This document shows positions 30,749-41,689 of a DNA stretch of 64,000 bases, in pieces (position 1 is the first letter of the stretch; each line of letters begins with the position of its first letter). The translations under genes were made by a program, and so were the position numbers. The stretch comes from Cyanidioschyzon merolae (lineage: Eukaryota): NCBI GenBank assembly GCA_000091205.1, contig AP006496.2. The stretch is one strand, 5' to 3'. The notes under the pieces are model-generated. The model did no database searches and was not told the DNA's origin. It saw only the letters and a list, made by a program, of their open reading frames with translations.

Positions 30749-32173
30749 ATGTACGTAAACTCCTTATGTGGAAGCGGTTGGCTCCAGAAAGCATCGTTCT
30801 TAGGTAATAGGTCTCAAGATGCTGGAGCGAGCTTCCACCAAGTGGGTGTGTGCCGGGTAGCGCGACACGCCAACTGCCGCGCTTCGTCGCCGCTGCGGCG
30901 TTTCCTCGCCATGCATACCCGGGTGCCGCGCAACGAAAACTTTTCGAAGCTCCAGGGTGGGTACCTGTTTCCACAAATAGCTCAAAGACGACGAGAGTAC
31001 CTGGAGAAGCACCCAGATGCAGCGCTTATCTCGTTAGGTATTGGCGATACGACGCAGCCTATACCTCCGCATATCTGCGCGGGATTGACGCAAGGCGCTA
31101 AGAAACTTGCCACGAAAGAAGGCTATAGCGGTTACGGCGATGGCGAGGGTCTGTATGCGCTCCGAAAAAGCATCGCTTCACGTCTCTATGGCGATCGCAT
31201 CAGGCCGGAGGAGGTGTTTGTTTCCGACGGTGCCAAGTGCGACATCGCCCGTCTCCAGATGGTCTTCGGTAGCGAGGTCACTGTGGCGGTGCAGGACCCC
31301 AGTTATCCTGTGTACGTGGACACTGCGGTTATGACGGGCCAGACTGGTCGTATCAATGCCGATACCCGCCAGTATGCCGGCATCGTGTACATGCGCTGCG
31401 ACGCTGCCAATGACTTTTTCCCGGACTTGTCTAAGACACCGCGCACGGATCTCATTTTCTTTTGTTCGCCGAACAATCCAACTGGAGCTGCCGCAACGAG
31501 AGAGCAACTGGCAGAGTTGGTGGCCTTCGCGCGACACAACGGCAGCATCATTGTGTACGATGCAGCATATGCGCCGTTTATTCGTGATCCCGCCGTCCCG
31601 CGCTCTATTCTGGAAATCGATGGAGCACTTGAATGCGCTATTGAAGTGAACTCATTCAGCAAGTACGCGGGTTTCACGGGTGTACGCCTCGGCTGGACAG
31701 TTGTGCCTTCAGCGCTTCGTTTTGCTGACGGAACACCAGTCGCGAAGGACTTTGGGCGAGTCATGAACACGGCTTTTAACGGTGCGAGTAATATCGCACA
31801 GCAAGGAGGCATGGCGTGCCTAGATGATGAAGGTCTCGCGGAGATCGAGCAACTCATATCCTACTACCTGGAGAACACCCGCATCCTGCGAGAGGGTATG
31901 GAATCGCTTGGGTTCTCGGTCTACGGCGGCCGCAATGCACCCTATATTTGGGTCCGCTTTCCCGGTCGCTCGAGCTGGGACGTGTTCACCGAGTTTTTGG
32001 AAAAGTGCCAGGTCGTTACGGTCCCTGGGGCAGGATTTGGCCCAGCAGGCGTCGAGTATGTGCGTCTGTCGGCGTTTGCGCCGCGCGAGGCCTGCCAAGA
32101 GGCTGTGCGTCGCATCCAGACAGCGTTCGGGGGCCGCCCTGCCGACCCGATTGCCGCCTCATCATTCCAGTGA
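30749..32173 (+). CDS. dapL: LL-diaminopimelate aminotransferase (AGD2/DapL-type, PLP class I), ~474 aa with a probable transit peptide
   Basis: NFSKLQGGYLFPQIAQRRREYLEKHPDAALISLGIGDTTQPIP...SFSKYAGFTGVRLGWTVVP matches the plant, algal and chlamydial DapL (for example the Arabidopsis MEKLQAGYLFPEIARRR region). The PLP-binding Lys lies in SFSKYAGF. The region between the ATG at 30749 and MHTRV at 30911 is R/S/A-rich and resembles a targeting presequence. Confidence 0.85.
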   Translation: MYVNSLCGSGWLQKASFLGNRSQDAGASFHQVGVCRVARHANCRASSPLRRFLAMHTRVPRNENFSKLQGGYLFPQIAQRRREYLEKHPDAALISLGIGDTTQPIPPHICAGLTQGAKKLATKEGYSGYGDGEGLYALRKSIASRLYGDRIRPEEVFVSDGAKCDIARLQMVFGSEVTVAVQDPSYPVYVDTAVMTGQTGRINADTRQYAGIVYMRCDAANDFFPDLSKTPRTDLIFFCSPNNPTGAAATREQLAELVAFARHNGSIIVYDAAYAPFIRDPAVPRSILEIDGALECAIEVNSFSKYAGFTGVRLGWTVVPSALRFADGTPVAKDFGRVMNTAFNGASNIAQQGGMACLDDEGLAEIEQLISYYLENTRILREGMESLGFSVYGGRNAPYIWVRFPGRSSWDVFTEFLEKCQVVTVPGAGFGPAGVEYVRLSAFAPREACQEAVRRIQTAFGGRPADPIAASSFQ

Positions 32174-33544
32174 CTGGTCATCGGGGTTGGACTCCGTGCG
32201 CGCCGTCGTCGAGGCGCTTCAGCGACTAGCAGGGGAGAGAAAGATCATGGACTGTACACACTTGGTGGAATCGTACGACACACCGGCCGGCTGTTTTACA
32301 GATTCGGGGGCCCGCAAACCTGTGCCTCACTGTCAAAAGCTTGAATCCTTCTTGTGGCTCGTCGTGCAGTTCCTCGATCTCATCCGAAATTTCTTCCTCT
32401 GATCTCTGTATATCGCCATGCCGAGGTGCTTGGGGGCCAGAACTGCGGCGCTGCCTCTCTTCTTGGCGCAGTCCGTTGGCGCTCCGGAGCCGTAACCCAC
32501 GCGCTCACACAGCTTTCGTGGAGTGGTCCGTTTCCCATCGAGTTCGGGTGTGATTCACGACCACCTCGAGCCGTAGCCGCTTCGGTATTCGAGGAATTCG
32601 ACGGCCGCTTGTGCGAGTTTCGAGGCGCACACGCGACGGTCGAGCGCTTTCGGGGGGTACCCGATTGTAGGCTCCTGGCAATGTTCGCGCGGCGGTGGCG
32701 GGATGCTCGCGGCAGTACCGGTTCATTCCCCGAAATGAATCGACATCAAATTGGCTCCGTAAGACGCATAAAGATGCAGAAGGTCCTCTAAATCGTGCAC
32801 GCACGATGCTCTTCTCACCGCTCCGGCCGTGGCTCGTTTCAATTGATCATTCGAGAATATGATACGGTTTTCTGTTCAAAGCTTCAGGAAGTTTGCGTCT
32901 TCATCGCAGTCATACGCTGGCTTCGTATCGCCCTGCCATTGACATCCAGTAATTCCGAACCAGAGCTCCATCGAAAGGGATGCGATGGCAAGCGCGCCGG
33001 CGCACCGCGAGGGATCGAGCGCTCGTGCACGACCCGCAAATGGGCAGTGAGTCGGGCGTCGTACCCGCGGGCAGCCCGCTGCACAACCGCTCCTGCAATC
33101 TCGCCATCGATTCAGCTACGCAAGAGCGGCTGCGCTAGGTTATCGCGTGCCCTTACCATGGAAATGCGTTCACCGCCTCACACTGCTGTATAGCGAATGC
33201 GGACCGCGCTACGAAGAAGCCTACCGCAAAGGTCCCTGTTCTCGCTAGAGTCTCGTAAATGCAAAAAATGCAGTGCGTCACGAGCGCTTAGATTCACGGA
33301 ACGTTCCGGGGTTCCCGCTATTCACGAGAGAGAAAGAGCGCGCGCGCGCTCCAATGGCACCAGCACGACGCGCATAGCGAAGCTGGTCCAGTCGTTCGCG
33401 GATCGAAGCTTGCTTGCTTCGATCTATCCGTTTCTTGGAAAACGCTACCGCTTTGCTAACGCACATAACACCTACAACAAGTGATACGTCCATGCGCACA
33501 CGTAAAAGCGAAGCATGCGCTCGCACACGACGCCTTCGAAGGCA

Positions 33545-33600
33545 TTCGGATGACATGCACGCATGCACGCATGCACGCATGCACGCACGCATGCTCGTAG
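33545..33600 (+). repeat. (ACGCATGC)n octamer microsatellite
   Basis: gcacgcatgcacgcatgcacgcatgcacgcacgcatgc, in the convergent intergenic region between the DapL and DRG 3' ends. Confidence 0.85.
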
Positions 33601-33990
33601 CGTGCGTGTCCATGCGCGCCACTGCATGACTTCATAGGGTGCATATCCGCGGTGCGTATTCGCGAAGCGCGCAACGATACCACTCGCGCAGCAGATCGCC
33701 TCCTTCAGGCGTACGGCCAGGGGTGCCGCACCATCCGTAAGCGACACACACGCTAGGTAGCACGCTCAGCGTCAGAACGAACGTCTGCGGTACGCGCATT
33801 ATCCGTTCATTCACTGGATCAGATATGTCTGTGATCGATGAGCGAACACCGTACTGGATACTGTGGAGCGTGGTAGCGTCCGCGGTAACCCATGAGGAAA
33901 ATCCTTGGCAAAGGGCACCGCTCGCGCAGCGTCCCGATGCGTCTGTTGGCATCGACCCATCGCATACAAATGAAAAACAAGTACCCACGT

Positions 33991-35118
33991 CTATTTCGTG
34001 ACTACACAGAGGACATCCTCATCGGCAAGCTGATGAGATAGACCTACTCGTTGAGGGTCGTGTTTCGTGCTGCGTCCCCAGACCAGTGCGTAGCGGAACT
34101 GTGTCGGGTCGGCTAGGGATCGATGGATCTTGCGACAGGCGTCCGCTACCCGCGCCTGGCTGGAGCGCAGAATCAGAGGTCGCTCAAAGTCTGGCGGTTC
34201 TCCGCGTTTCTTGGTGTAGACTCGGACGATCTTCAGCGCTCGCCATATTTTCTCCAAGACCTCATCCATATTCAAGCGAAGTGCGCAACTGAGCACCACG
34301 CCGTGGTACGGATCCGACCGCGCCAGGCGGTCCAGCTCCTCTATGGTGATCAAGTCAATCTTATTATAGACGTGGATGCACGGAACATACACTCTGTTCC
34401 CCTCAATGACGTCAATAAACTCATCCACGTTTACATCTTCACGAACCAGGATGTCGGCGTTATAAATTCGATACTCTTGAAGGATAGCGTACACCAGCTT
34501 TTCATCCAAATGGCTGAGCGGGCAGGTAGCGTTAAAGGTGATGCCCCCGCCCGCTTTCTTCAGCTGGAACATGACGTTCGGCGGGCGCCTGTTCAAGCGA
34601 ATACCGGCCAATTCAACTTCCCTTTCGATGAACCGCCGTTGCGCGTCCACGTCCTTACCGACGTCGAGCATCATAAGTACCAGGTCCGCAGAGCGTGCCA
34701 GCGCAATAACCTGTCGTCCACGGCCGCGCCCCTGTGCAGCGCCTTCGATGATCCCGGGCAGGTCGAGCAGCTGGATGCGAGCTCCGCGCAAGTGCAGCTC
34801 ACCGGGGATGCAGTCCACAGTCGTGAACTCGTACGCAGCCACGGCACTGTCGATACCGGTTACCTGCGATACAAACGTCGACTTGCCTATGGATGGTGCA
34901 CCGAGCATGATTACCCGGGCGTCACCTTGTTTGGGGACCTCGAAGCCCTCGGCGCTGCCGGCGCCCTGCTTCCGTGCCTTCTCCTCGTCCAGAAGCAGCT
35001 GTGTTCGCAGGCGCGCCAGGCGCGACTTTAGCCTGCAAATATGGCCCATGGTAGCCTTATTTACCTGAGTCCGCTTGAGCTCCAGCTCTATGTCACGAAT
35101 TCGATCCAGGATGCCCAT
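33991..35118 (-). CDS. DRG2: Developmentally regulated GTP-binding protein 2 (Obg-family GTPase), 375 aa, single exon
   Basis: MGILDRIRDIELELKRTQVNKATMGHICRLKSRLARLR...GAPSIGKSTF (G1)...DLPGIIEGAAQGRGRGRQVIALARSADLVLMMLD...NKID (G4)...TGS-like C-terminus ALVWGRSTKHDPQRVGLSHQLADEDV. It matches DRG2 more closely than DRG1 (compare MGILEKI and VIIMMLD). Confidence 0.9.
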   Translation of the reverse strand: MGILDRIRDIELELKRTQVNKATMGHICRLKSRLARLRTQLLLDEEKARKQGAGSAEGFEVPKQGDARVIMLGAPSIGKSTFVSQVTGIDSAVAAYEFTTVDCIPGELHLRGARIQLLDLPGIIEGAAQGRGRGRQVIALARSADLVLMMLDVGKDVDAQRRFIEREVELAGIRLNRRPPNVMFQLKKAGGGITFNATCPLSHLDEKLVYAILQEYRIYNADILVREDVNVDEFIDVIEGNRVYVPCIHVYNKIDLITIEELDRLARSDPYHGVVLSCALRLNMDEVLEKIWRALKIVRVYTKKRGEPPDFERPLILRSSQARVADACRKIHRSLADPTQFRYALVWGRSTKHDPQRVGLSHQLADEDVLCVVTK

Positions 35119-35293
35119 GGTTTGTTACGCTTCAACAAAACTCGAGGGAGGGATTGATGCTCACGCGGAGCCTGCATGCATTGTTGCGCCATGGTGGCTG
35201 CGGCTCTAGCTATTCGCCAGCTGCAGGCAGCGCAGCGAAGCGAAGTTGAAGCTTTCCCGGACCTCGTTAGCTGCGTTAAACGAGCATCCGTTT

Positions 35294-37885
35294 ATGAGAG
35301 GCCGGCTTGCAAGCCTGGTGCACACTGTAGGACGAACAACCTGGAGTGCGCACTTGCAGCGGTTTGGGTTGGCGGAGTCTGCAGACTGCGTTCACCGGTG
35401 CGGAGTTGCGGGGCATTTGTCCTCGGTACGTGCGCTACACGTGCAGTCGTTCATGAGTGGTCGGCTTGCAAGCCTGGTGCACGCGATAGGACGAACTCCT
35501 AGGAATGTGCACCGGCAGCGGTTACGATTTGCGGAGTACGGGCCTAGAAATGCACGGCTTGAGGACTCTGCTGAGCGCCAGCTACAGGCAAGCGCTGCTC
35601 TTCGGCTCCGAGCATGCGCGAGCGCACCGCTGCACAGCGAACTGTCCAGAGCGCTGCAACAGGACTACCGGACGCAGGTAGCGTCAGGGTGGACTCGGTT
35701 TGAGCAGGGATTGAAAGGGCGCTTCAACGCTTCGCGAGCGCACGAGGCACGCGTTCGCCGCCAGAATCTGTCGACCAGCCGCAGCACCAGCGAGGCGACA
35801 CCAACGGGACGAGCGGCAGAAGGTCCGCAGCACAGCACCAACGCCTCGACGAATGGTGCGAGCGAACTCGAATTCCGCTTCAAGCTACCAGACGCAGTGT
35901 CCATTCGACGCTTACTGCGCCTAGCACAGCCGCATAGCCGGCTTCTAGCGGGAGCAGTAGCGACGCAGGTCGCCTCGGCGCTCTCCACCATGGCGTTTCC
36001 ACTCGCTGTTGGACGCATGATTGATGCTCTCACTGCAGCAGACGGCCTCGAGCAGCTCCGACAAGTCGCTGTGATCATGGCGGTGGTATTCGTGCTGGGC
36101 GCCTTCGCCGTCGGTGCCCGGGTGCTGCTCCTGAACATCACCGGCGAGCGAGTCGCGCGAGCGCTCCGCAAGGACCTCTTCAGTGCGATGCTTCGGCAGG
36201 ATACTTCGTTTTTCGATGCGCGTTCTACGGGTGAGCTTGTTAACCGCCTCTCGGCGGATGCCTCTGCTGTGGCGCGAACCCTAACGGACAATCTCGCACG
36301 CAGCATTCGCGCCTCTATTACGACTGTATCAGCGATAGGTTTCCTGGTGTATTTGTCGCCGCAACTCACCACAGTTTCACTGTGCATGGTCCCGGCCTTT
36401 GCCGCAGGCGTTGCTCTTTTCGGCCGATACGCTCGGCGGTTGAGTCGCCAACTACTAGACGCGCTGGCAGCAGCGAATCAAGTGGCGGCGGAACGCATCG
36501 CAGCTATTCGAACTGTTCGATTGTTTGCAGCAGAGCAATTGGAACAGGCCCGATACGACCGTCGTATCGATGACACCTATGATATTGCCCGACGGGTAGC
36601 CGTCATTGAAGGAATCTACATGGGGGCGGGCTTCCTGACTGCGCAGACATCGCTGCTTGGGGTCCTCTGGTACGGAGGCACAATGGTCTACCACGGCTCC
36701 CTGACGGTTGGCGCACTCACCTCTTTTGCGATGTATGCTGTGAACCTGGGAGTTGGCGTCACATCGCTGAGCTCGGCTATTGGGCAGCTTGTGCGAGCCC
36801 AGGGCGCGGCAGCGCGCATCTTTGAAGTCCTCGATCGTGACTCCTGTGATGCAGGCTCGACAACCACGAGCGCGAAACCAGACAGCGACACGGGAACGCC
36901 CGCTCCAGAGCGTCCTCTGCCGTCCGGGAAAGTCGCTGCTGTTGAGCGTTCGTTGAGCGCGCGTCCAGAGCATCCCAACGATCGCAGCGGTAGCGCCGGA
37001 TGCCGTACAGGAGGCATCGTGCTGCCGGTGGGGTACGCCCCACCGGCCATTGAATACGACAAGGTGCATTTTCGGTATCCGACTCGCCCCGATACACCCA
37101 TACTGCGCGGTTTTCAATTAGCCATTGAACCTGGTGAGCTGTGCGCCCTCGTGGGTGGCTCTGGATCCGGCAAGTCGACATTGCACATGCTCCTGGCCCG
37201 GTTGTACGACCCGGATCACGGGACAATACGCTTTGCTGGCCATGATCTGCGCGTTTTGGATACTGCGTGGCTTCGGCGACAACTTGGAATAGTGCAGCAG
37301 GAGCCGGTGCTTTTCGCTGGTACAATAGCTGCGAACATCAGCTACGGACGAGATGCACAACGTTTTCCCGCGGCGCCCGACGCAGCTGCAGACAGGGTTT
37401 CTGCGCTGGATGCTGACGCCCTGCGTCGCGCTGCTGAGGCGGCTGCTGCCCACGAGTTCATCTCTGAGCTCCCGGGCGGCTATCAAACTCGGATTGGTGA
37501 GCGAGGCGCGGGCCTTTCTGGTGGCCAGATTCAACGTATTGCGATCGCAAGGGCGTTATTTCACGAACCCACTGCTCTGACGCTTGACGAGTGCACCTCG
37601 GCGCTTGATCTGGAGACCGAGCTCCGAGTACTCGAGAACCTCGTGCGCGTGATTCGAGAGCGTCGACTGACGACGCTGGTGATAACCCACCGGGTCCCGA
37701 TCATGAAAGTTGCCGACCGCGTGGTGGTGCTCGCAGGCGGCGTCTGCGCTGAGCAGGGCTCGTTCGCGACCCTGATCCAGAACCCGCACGGCGTCCTGCC
37801 GCGAATGCTGCTCTCGGCTCAGGAGTCGCTTCTGGCTGGACGAACGGGAGCCTCGAAAGCTTCGATTGCGAGCGCCACTGCCTGA
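35294..37885 (+). CDS. ABC transporter, B-family half-transporter (TMD-NBD) with a long N-terminal extension
   Basis: Six-helix TMD (IRRLLRLAQPHSRLLAGAVATQVASALSTMAF...). NBD with Walker A GGSGSGKST, signature LSGGQIQRIAIARAL, and Walker B LTLDECTSALD. An unusual ~80-aa low-complexity insert sits between the TMD and the NBD. The start is uncertain: 35294 is the first in-frame ATG, and the tracker ORF begins at 35246. Confidence 0.8.
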   Translation: MRGRLASLVHTVGRTTWSAHLQRFGLAESADCVHRCGVAGHLSSVRALHVQSFMSGRLASLVHAIGRTPRNVHRQRLRFAEYGPRNARLEDSAERQLQASAALRLRACASAPLHSELSRALQQDYRTQVASGWTRFEQGLKGRFNASRAHEARVRRQNLSTSRSTSEATPTGRAAEGPQHSTNASTNGASELEFRFKLPDAVSIRRLLRLAQPHSRLLAGAVATQVASALSTMAFPLAVGRMIDALTAADGLEQLRQVAVIMAVVFVLGAFAVGARVLLLNITGERVARALRKDLFSAMLRQDTSFFDARSTGELVNRLSADASAVARTLTDNLARSIRASITTVSAIGFLVYLSPQLTTVSLCMVPAFAAGVALFGRYARRLSRQLLDALAAANQVAAERIAAIRTVRLFAAEQLEQARYDRRIDDTYDIARRVAVIEGIYMGAGFLTAQTSLLGVLWYGGTMVYHGSLTVGALTSFAMYAVNLGVGVTSLSSAIGQLVRAQGAAARIFEVLDRDSCDAGSTTTSAKPDSDTGTPAPERPLPSGKVAAVERSLSARPEHPNDRSGSAGCRTGGIVLPVGYAPPAIEYDKVHFRYPTRPDTPILRGFQLAIEPGELCALVGGSGSGKSTLHMLLARLYDPDHGTIRFAGHDLRVLDTAWLRRQLGIVQQEPVLFAGTIAANISYGRDAQRFPAAPDAAADRVSALDADALRRAAEAAAAHEFISELPGGYQTRIGERGAGLSGGQIQRIAIARALFHEPTALTLDECTSALDLETELRVLENLVRVIRERRLTTLVITHRVPIMKVADRVVVLAGGVCAEQGSFATLIQNPHGVLPRMLLSAQESLLAGRTGASKASIASATA

Positions 37886-39214
37886 TAGGTCAGCGGGGTC
37901 ATGGAAGCGGCGCTGAAGGCAGTTGCGTACTGCGCAGACGCCATTGCTTATGGCTGGCGTCTGAGACTGGACGCCAGCTGCTGAGGCGGTAGCGCTCTTC
38001 TGCCGCTTCGAAACTGGACTTTCCTCACTGTTTGCGGGGCGTGGGTTTGTAGTGCATCTGGTCGAGATATCAGCGCACCTTGGGTACCAGCTGGACGCAG
38101 TGTGCATTCCAACGGATACCGTCCCGAAGATAGCAGTAGCGGTGATTGGCTGCGCAACGTCGCGGAGACAACTGGCGATAGGCAGGAGATGGTGTGACCG
38201 GCGTTGCTGGCGTGCCACTGCGCCAGCTGCGGCATGGTCTTGGACGCCGGCTGAGCGCCGCTTCCTGCTGCTTGCATAGGTTGCATTCGTGGGTAGCGTT
38301 GCCGCCGCTGCCTCCAACGCCTTGCATACCATCTCCGAGGGCATCCTGTACCGATTCCAGATATGTTGTTCGGGCGACGAGCTTTACGCAAGTCAAAGTT
38401 GGCAATGGTTTGTACATAGATGAGGCGCTCTTTGTCAGAGCGCTCGATTTCGTGGACGCTGTTCTCTTCAGAGCGATACGGACTCGAGAAGCTGCCACGG
38501 AGCTCCAAGTCGACAAATGGTCCACTCAAATCTTGCAATCGCTGAAAGGCCGTGGATGGTGCGGCGGTTATCGCAGACGAGTGCTCGCCGATGGTGCCCC
38601 AGCGCTCTTTCAGCACGTCGTGTTCGGTCATGGATTTGCTGTATAGATCGTCGGCGTTGATCAAGATGCTGTGGATGGCGAAGCGGCTGCGGTACCAGCA
38701 GCGGCAGACAATCGTTCTGCCGCCCACGACATCCCGCAGGTTTCCGATCCGGACGTGCACCTATCAAGCGCTACCCCGCGTCGACAACGGAAGCGTGATG
38801 AATGAAGTATCCATGCAACCATGCGACGCTCGGGGGCGCTTTCATTCCGGTCTACACGTTTGAATTCGTGTCGGCATGTGTCGGATTCAACTGCAGCAGC
38901 AACGCCAACTATTCGTAATGCCTTGATGAATTCACCAGCACGCAACGGTAGCCAGCAGGCCGCTTGTATTCGTCGCGTCTGTTGCTCGTTGCCTGCACTG
39001 GTGGCGGCGCTCAAGGGCACTGCACGCCCGCGCAAGCCCTTGGCAAACTGTTTTAGCGAGGCCGCGCTTCAGCAGCCGGACAGAAAAGGAAAAGGCGCTC
39101 GAACGCAGGTTGTCACTGAGAAGACCATCCCGGTGGAGTGTTTCATGAGCTTCGTTCCGCGTCGGAATCGCGGCATAAGAAGCGCTGCGCCCCGCAGCTT
39201 CAATACCAGCAGCA

Positions 39215-41689
39215 TCAGCAAAACCCTAACGTAGAGACGCAAGGAGGCTCCAACAGCGTCTGCACGCCGTGGCGTTGCTTCTCGAAAGCCATGAGCTGGC
39301 GCCAGAATCCAAGATTCGGTCGACTGATGGAGCGTCGCTCACGCATCAATTCCCATGCTGCAGATAGTGTCCAGCCGCTGTAAACTAGGTAGGCAAGCAC
39401 TGCGCTGACACTGCGGCTGATTCCAGCGTAGCAATGGACCAGTATAGTGCTGTCCGGGTCGCGACGGCTCTCATCGATAAAGGCGAATATCGCTGGATAC
39501 AAGCTGTCGAGCGCTTCATCACTCGAGTCGAGAGCAGGCAGCTGTTTGTAGGTGAGCGCTCCAGGAAAGTGCGGCCGCAGCTCGCTGCCCACAACGAGAA
39601 TATGTGTGATACCAGCGAACTGCAGGAAACTCCAATCCGATGCATCGCGCTCGCTACCAACATAGAGATAGGGCAGTATACGACTTGCAGGCTGCGCCCG
39701 CTCGTGTAAAAACTGATGTAGCAGCCGCTCGAACAGCGGTCCAACACGAGTGCGCATCGCTGCACAGAGGTTCATACCGATATCATCGTCGCAGACGCGG
39801 ATGATATGTTGATGGTGTGCGCGAGACATCGCAGTGAATCCTCCTCTAAGCAGACATACGCGACGCACTTGCAGGTTGCGGAGCGCAAACTCTGCGTTCA
39901 GCAGACAGACAAGTTTTGCAGCGATCGACAGCGGTTTGTCCATCGACTCTGTACAGTGGTCGTAGAGGACCACCAAGTCCAGCGGACCGCTTTCCTGCCG
40001 AACGCGCTTACAGACATGTCTCACAAAGGCCAGCTCCCGTTTCTCGTCGCTCGAGTAGCGGTCAGGTTCGACCCAGAGGTGCTCCGCGTGGCGGATATGC
40101 TCGAACACGAACGACATCCGGGGCCGTACATCGAGCACCAAGAGCTGCTTCGCGGTACGCTGCTGTTCGTGCGTACCTCCGTGTACGACGCCTTGCGAGG
40201 CGGCACCTTTCGTAGCCTCTTCCGGTGAAGACGCTGCACTTGCGCACTGCTCCTGCTGCAGTGCAGCTTCGCGTGGTGATTCGATCGGGGCACCTGTTTC
40301 TGAAAGCGCGGTCAGTCGCCGCTGTTCCTTGTCAGCTTGCTCAGTCATGCGATCCAGATAACTGGCTAGTTCGCACGGCTCCAATAGTGCTGATGATGCC
40401 GGACTCCTCGGCTGTTTCAGTTGCTGCTCCGCAGCACAGCAATAGCCGGAAACGCCGTTCGAGTCGGACCAATTCAGCTGCCCGCTGCTAATGACTCTTG
40501 AATCGTCTTCAGGTGATCCCAGCCGATGATTCCAGCGTGCTCCCGGTTTCGACGGTACCGTTGTTGTTGTTGTTGTTGTTGTTGTTGTCGATTCCTCTGT
40601 CGAATCTCCATCCTGGGCTTTCTGCTCTTCACAGAAAGCGCCTGGCGGCCGCATCATGCGCAGCGTCCGAGCCCCCAGCCCTGCGTCCGAATCCGCACGC
40701 CTGTCACCCGTGTCAGCTTGCGCCGCTAAGCGCGGGAAAAGCATCTCAGGACACGTTGCTTCTTCCGCGTGCATCGAACGTGCACACGCACGCGAGCACG
40801 CAGTCCAGGGCTGGTGGCGTTTCTCCAGTGCCGATGCATGCGACGCGCTGTCTGCTTTTTTGACGCATCCCTCAATAGGAGGCACCTGCTCAGATTCGAG
40901 AAAGCTGTCCTCAATGAAGCTTGTGGCGATGTTTCGCGTCTCCGTGTCAAGCTGAACATCGAGCTTCAGCGGTGGCTGTTCATCAACTGGGCTCGTCGCG
41001 AGCTCAAGACTGCACGCAGGGGGTTCGCCCCAGCGCCCAGCACCACATCCCTCGGGCACGTCACATGCCGCCTGGATGGTAACGAACTCTGGGTTCTGTG
41101 TTGAATGCTGGTCGCTCAGCAAACTCAGACGTGCCGTATTATGGAAAAGTCCTGGAGACCAAGCCGCACGTCCCAGAGGGTGTGCAGCCGCTGGTGTGCT
41201 GGCTGTGTGCTCGCTGGTTTCCGCCTGAGGTGCTAGAAAGCTAACAGAACCGGCCGCCTCCGCCAGCGTTGTCACGGACCAATGTTCCAGTTCGGGAGCC
41301 GTCAAAACGGCACGGCTGCCCGGTTGCTCCCGGACGGCTCCGTGCCAAGTGCATGCCGCCGCATTACCTGCGCTGGAAGTGCAGCTCACGAAACGGTACC
41401 CGTGCGGAGCGTGTCCCCAATTCAGGCATAGCGACTTACCGGTAGAGGTTGACTCGAACCCTAGACAGCGCTCCGCGGCAGATAAATGTTTCAGACACCA
41501 GCGGCTCGACGAGTGTTGGCGCGGGGACGTCAGCGGCGCACACAGACTTGTCGATAGGCGCCCTGCGCCTGCCTCCGTTTCGGACTCTGTTGCTCCCTTC
41601 CAGTCTAGGGGCGCACCGCACGTCGCTAGCTGAAGCCTCGGGGCAGCCTCGCTCTTCTGAGTGTCAGAAGCAGCTTCAGCGGCGCGCAT
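39215..41689 (-). CDS. Dual-specificity (MAP-kinase-phosphatase-like) protein phosphatase with a rhodanese-like domain, 824 aa
   Basis: The C-terminal catalytic loop is VHCYAGISRSVSAVLAYL (HCxxGxxRS). A preceding rhodanese/CH2-like segment reads LLVLDVRPRMSFVFEHIRHAEHLWV. The long low-complexity N-terminal half contains a (Thr)9 run from a (GTT)n tract. Confidence 0.75.
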   Translation of the reverse strand: MRAAEAASDTQKSEAAPRLQLATCGAPLDWKGATESETEAGAGRLSTSLCAPLTSPRQHSSSRWCLKHLSAAERCLGFESTSTGKSLCLNWGHAPHGYRFVSCTSSAGNAAACTWHGAVREQPGSRAVLTAPELEHWSVTTLAEAAGSVSFLAPQAETSEHTASTPAAAHPLGRAAWSPGLFHNTARLSLLSDQHSTQNPEFVTIQAACDVPEGCGAGRWGEPPACSLELATSPVDEQPPLKLDVQLDTETRNIATSFIEDSFLESEQVPPIEGCVKKADSASHASALEKRHQPWTACSRACARSMHAEEATCPEMLFPRLAAQADTGDRRADSDAGLGARTLRMMRPPGAFCEEQKAQDGDSTEESTTTTTTTTTTVPSKPGARWNHRLGSPEDDSRVISSGQLNWSDSNGVSGYCCAAEQQLKQPRSPASSALLEPCELASYLDRMTEQADKEQRRLTALSETGAPIESPREAALQQEQCASAASSPEEATKGAASQGVVHGGTHEQQRTAKQLLVLDVRPRMSFVFEHIRHAEHLWVEPDRYSSDEKRELAFVRHVCKRVRQESGPLDLVVLYDHCTESMDKPLSIAAKLVCLLNAEFALRNLQVRRVCLLRGGFTAMSRAHHQHIIRVCDDDIGMNLCAAMRTRVGPLFERLLHQFLHERAQPASRILPYLYVGSERDASDWSFLQFAGITHILVVGSELRPHFPGALTYKQLPALDSSDEALDSLYPAIFAFIDESRRDPDSTILVHCYAGISRSVSAVLAYLVYSGWTLSAAWELMRERRSISRPNLGFWRQLMAFEKQRHGVQTLLEPPCVSTLGFC
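40560..40588 (+). repeat. (GTT)9 microsatellite inside the phosphatase CDS
   Basis: gttgttgttgttgttgttgttgttgt. On the minus strand it encodes TTTTTTTTT. Confidence 0.9.

Noticed and set aside
35665-38344. Several 140-260-aa minus-strand ORFs overlapping the ABC transporter gene, and another antisense to eL43 (6744..7391)
   Set aside because: This is typical stop-poor antisense in GC-rich coding DNA. The peptides are R/A/S-rich and low in complexity with no recognisable domains. The sense strand carries clear Walker and signature motifs.
37948-38760. A 270-aa minus-strand ORF in the convergent intergenic region between the ABC transporter and phosphatase 3' ends
   Set aside because: The first ~120 aa look protein-like (…LINADDLYSKSMTEHDVLKERWGTIGEH…) but the remainder is R/Q-rich low complexity. 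I recognised no family. It is left unannotated pending homology search or expression data.
41420-41470. tRNA-like T-arm motif (gggttcgagtc) on the minus strand. More generally, any tRNA, rRNA or snRNA genes.
   Set aside because: The segment lies inside the phosphatase CDS and cannot be folded into a cloverleaf with a matching acceptor stem. No other A-box/B-box pair was found by eye. tRNAscan-SE and Infernal would be needed for a definitive statement.
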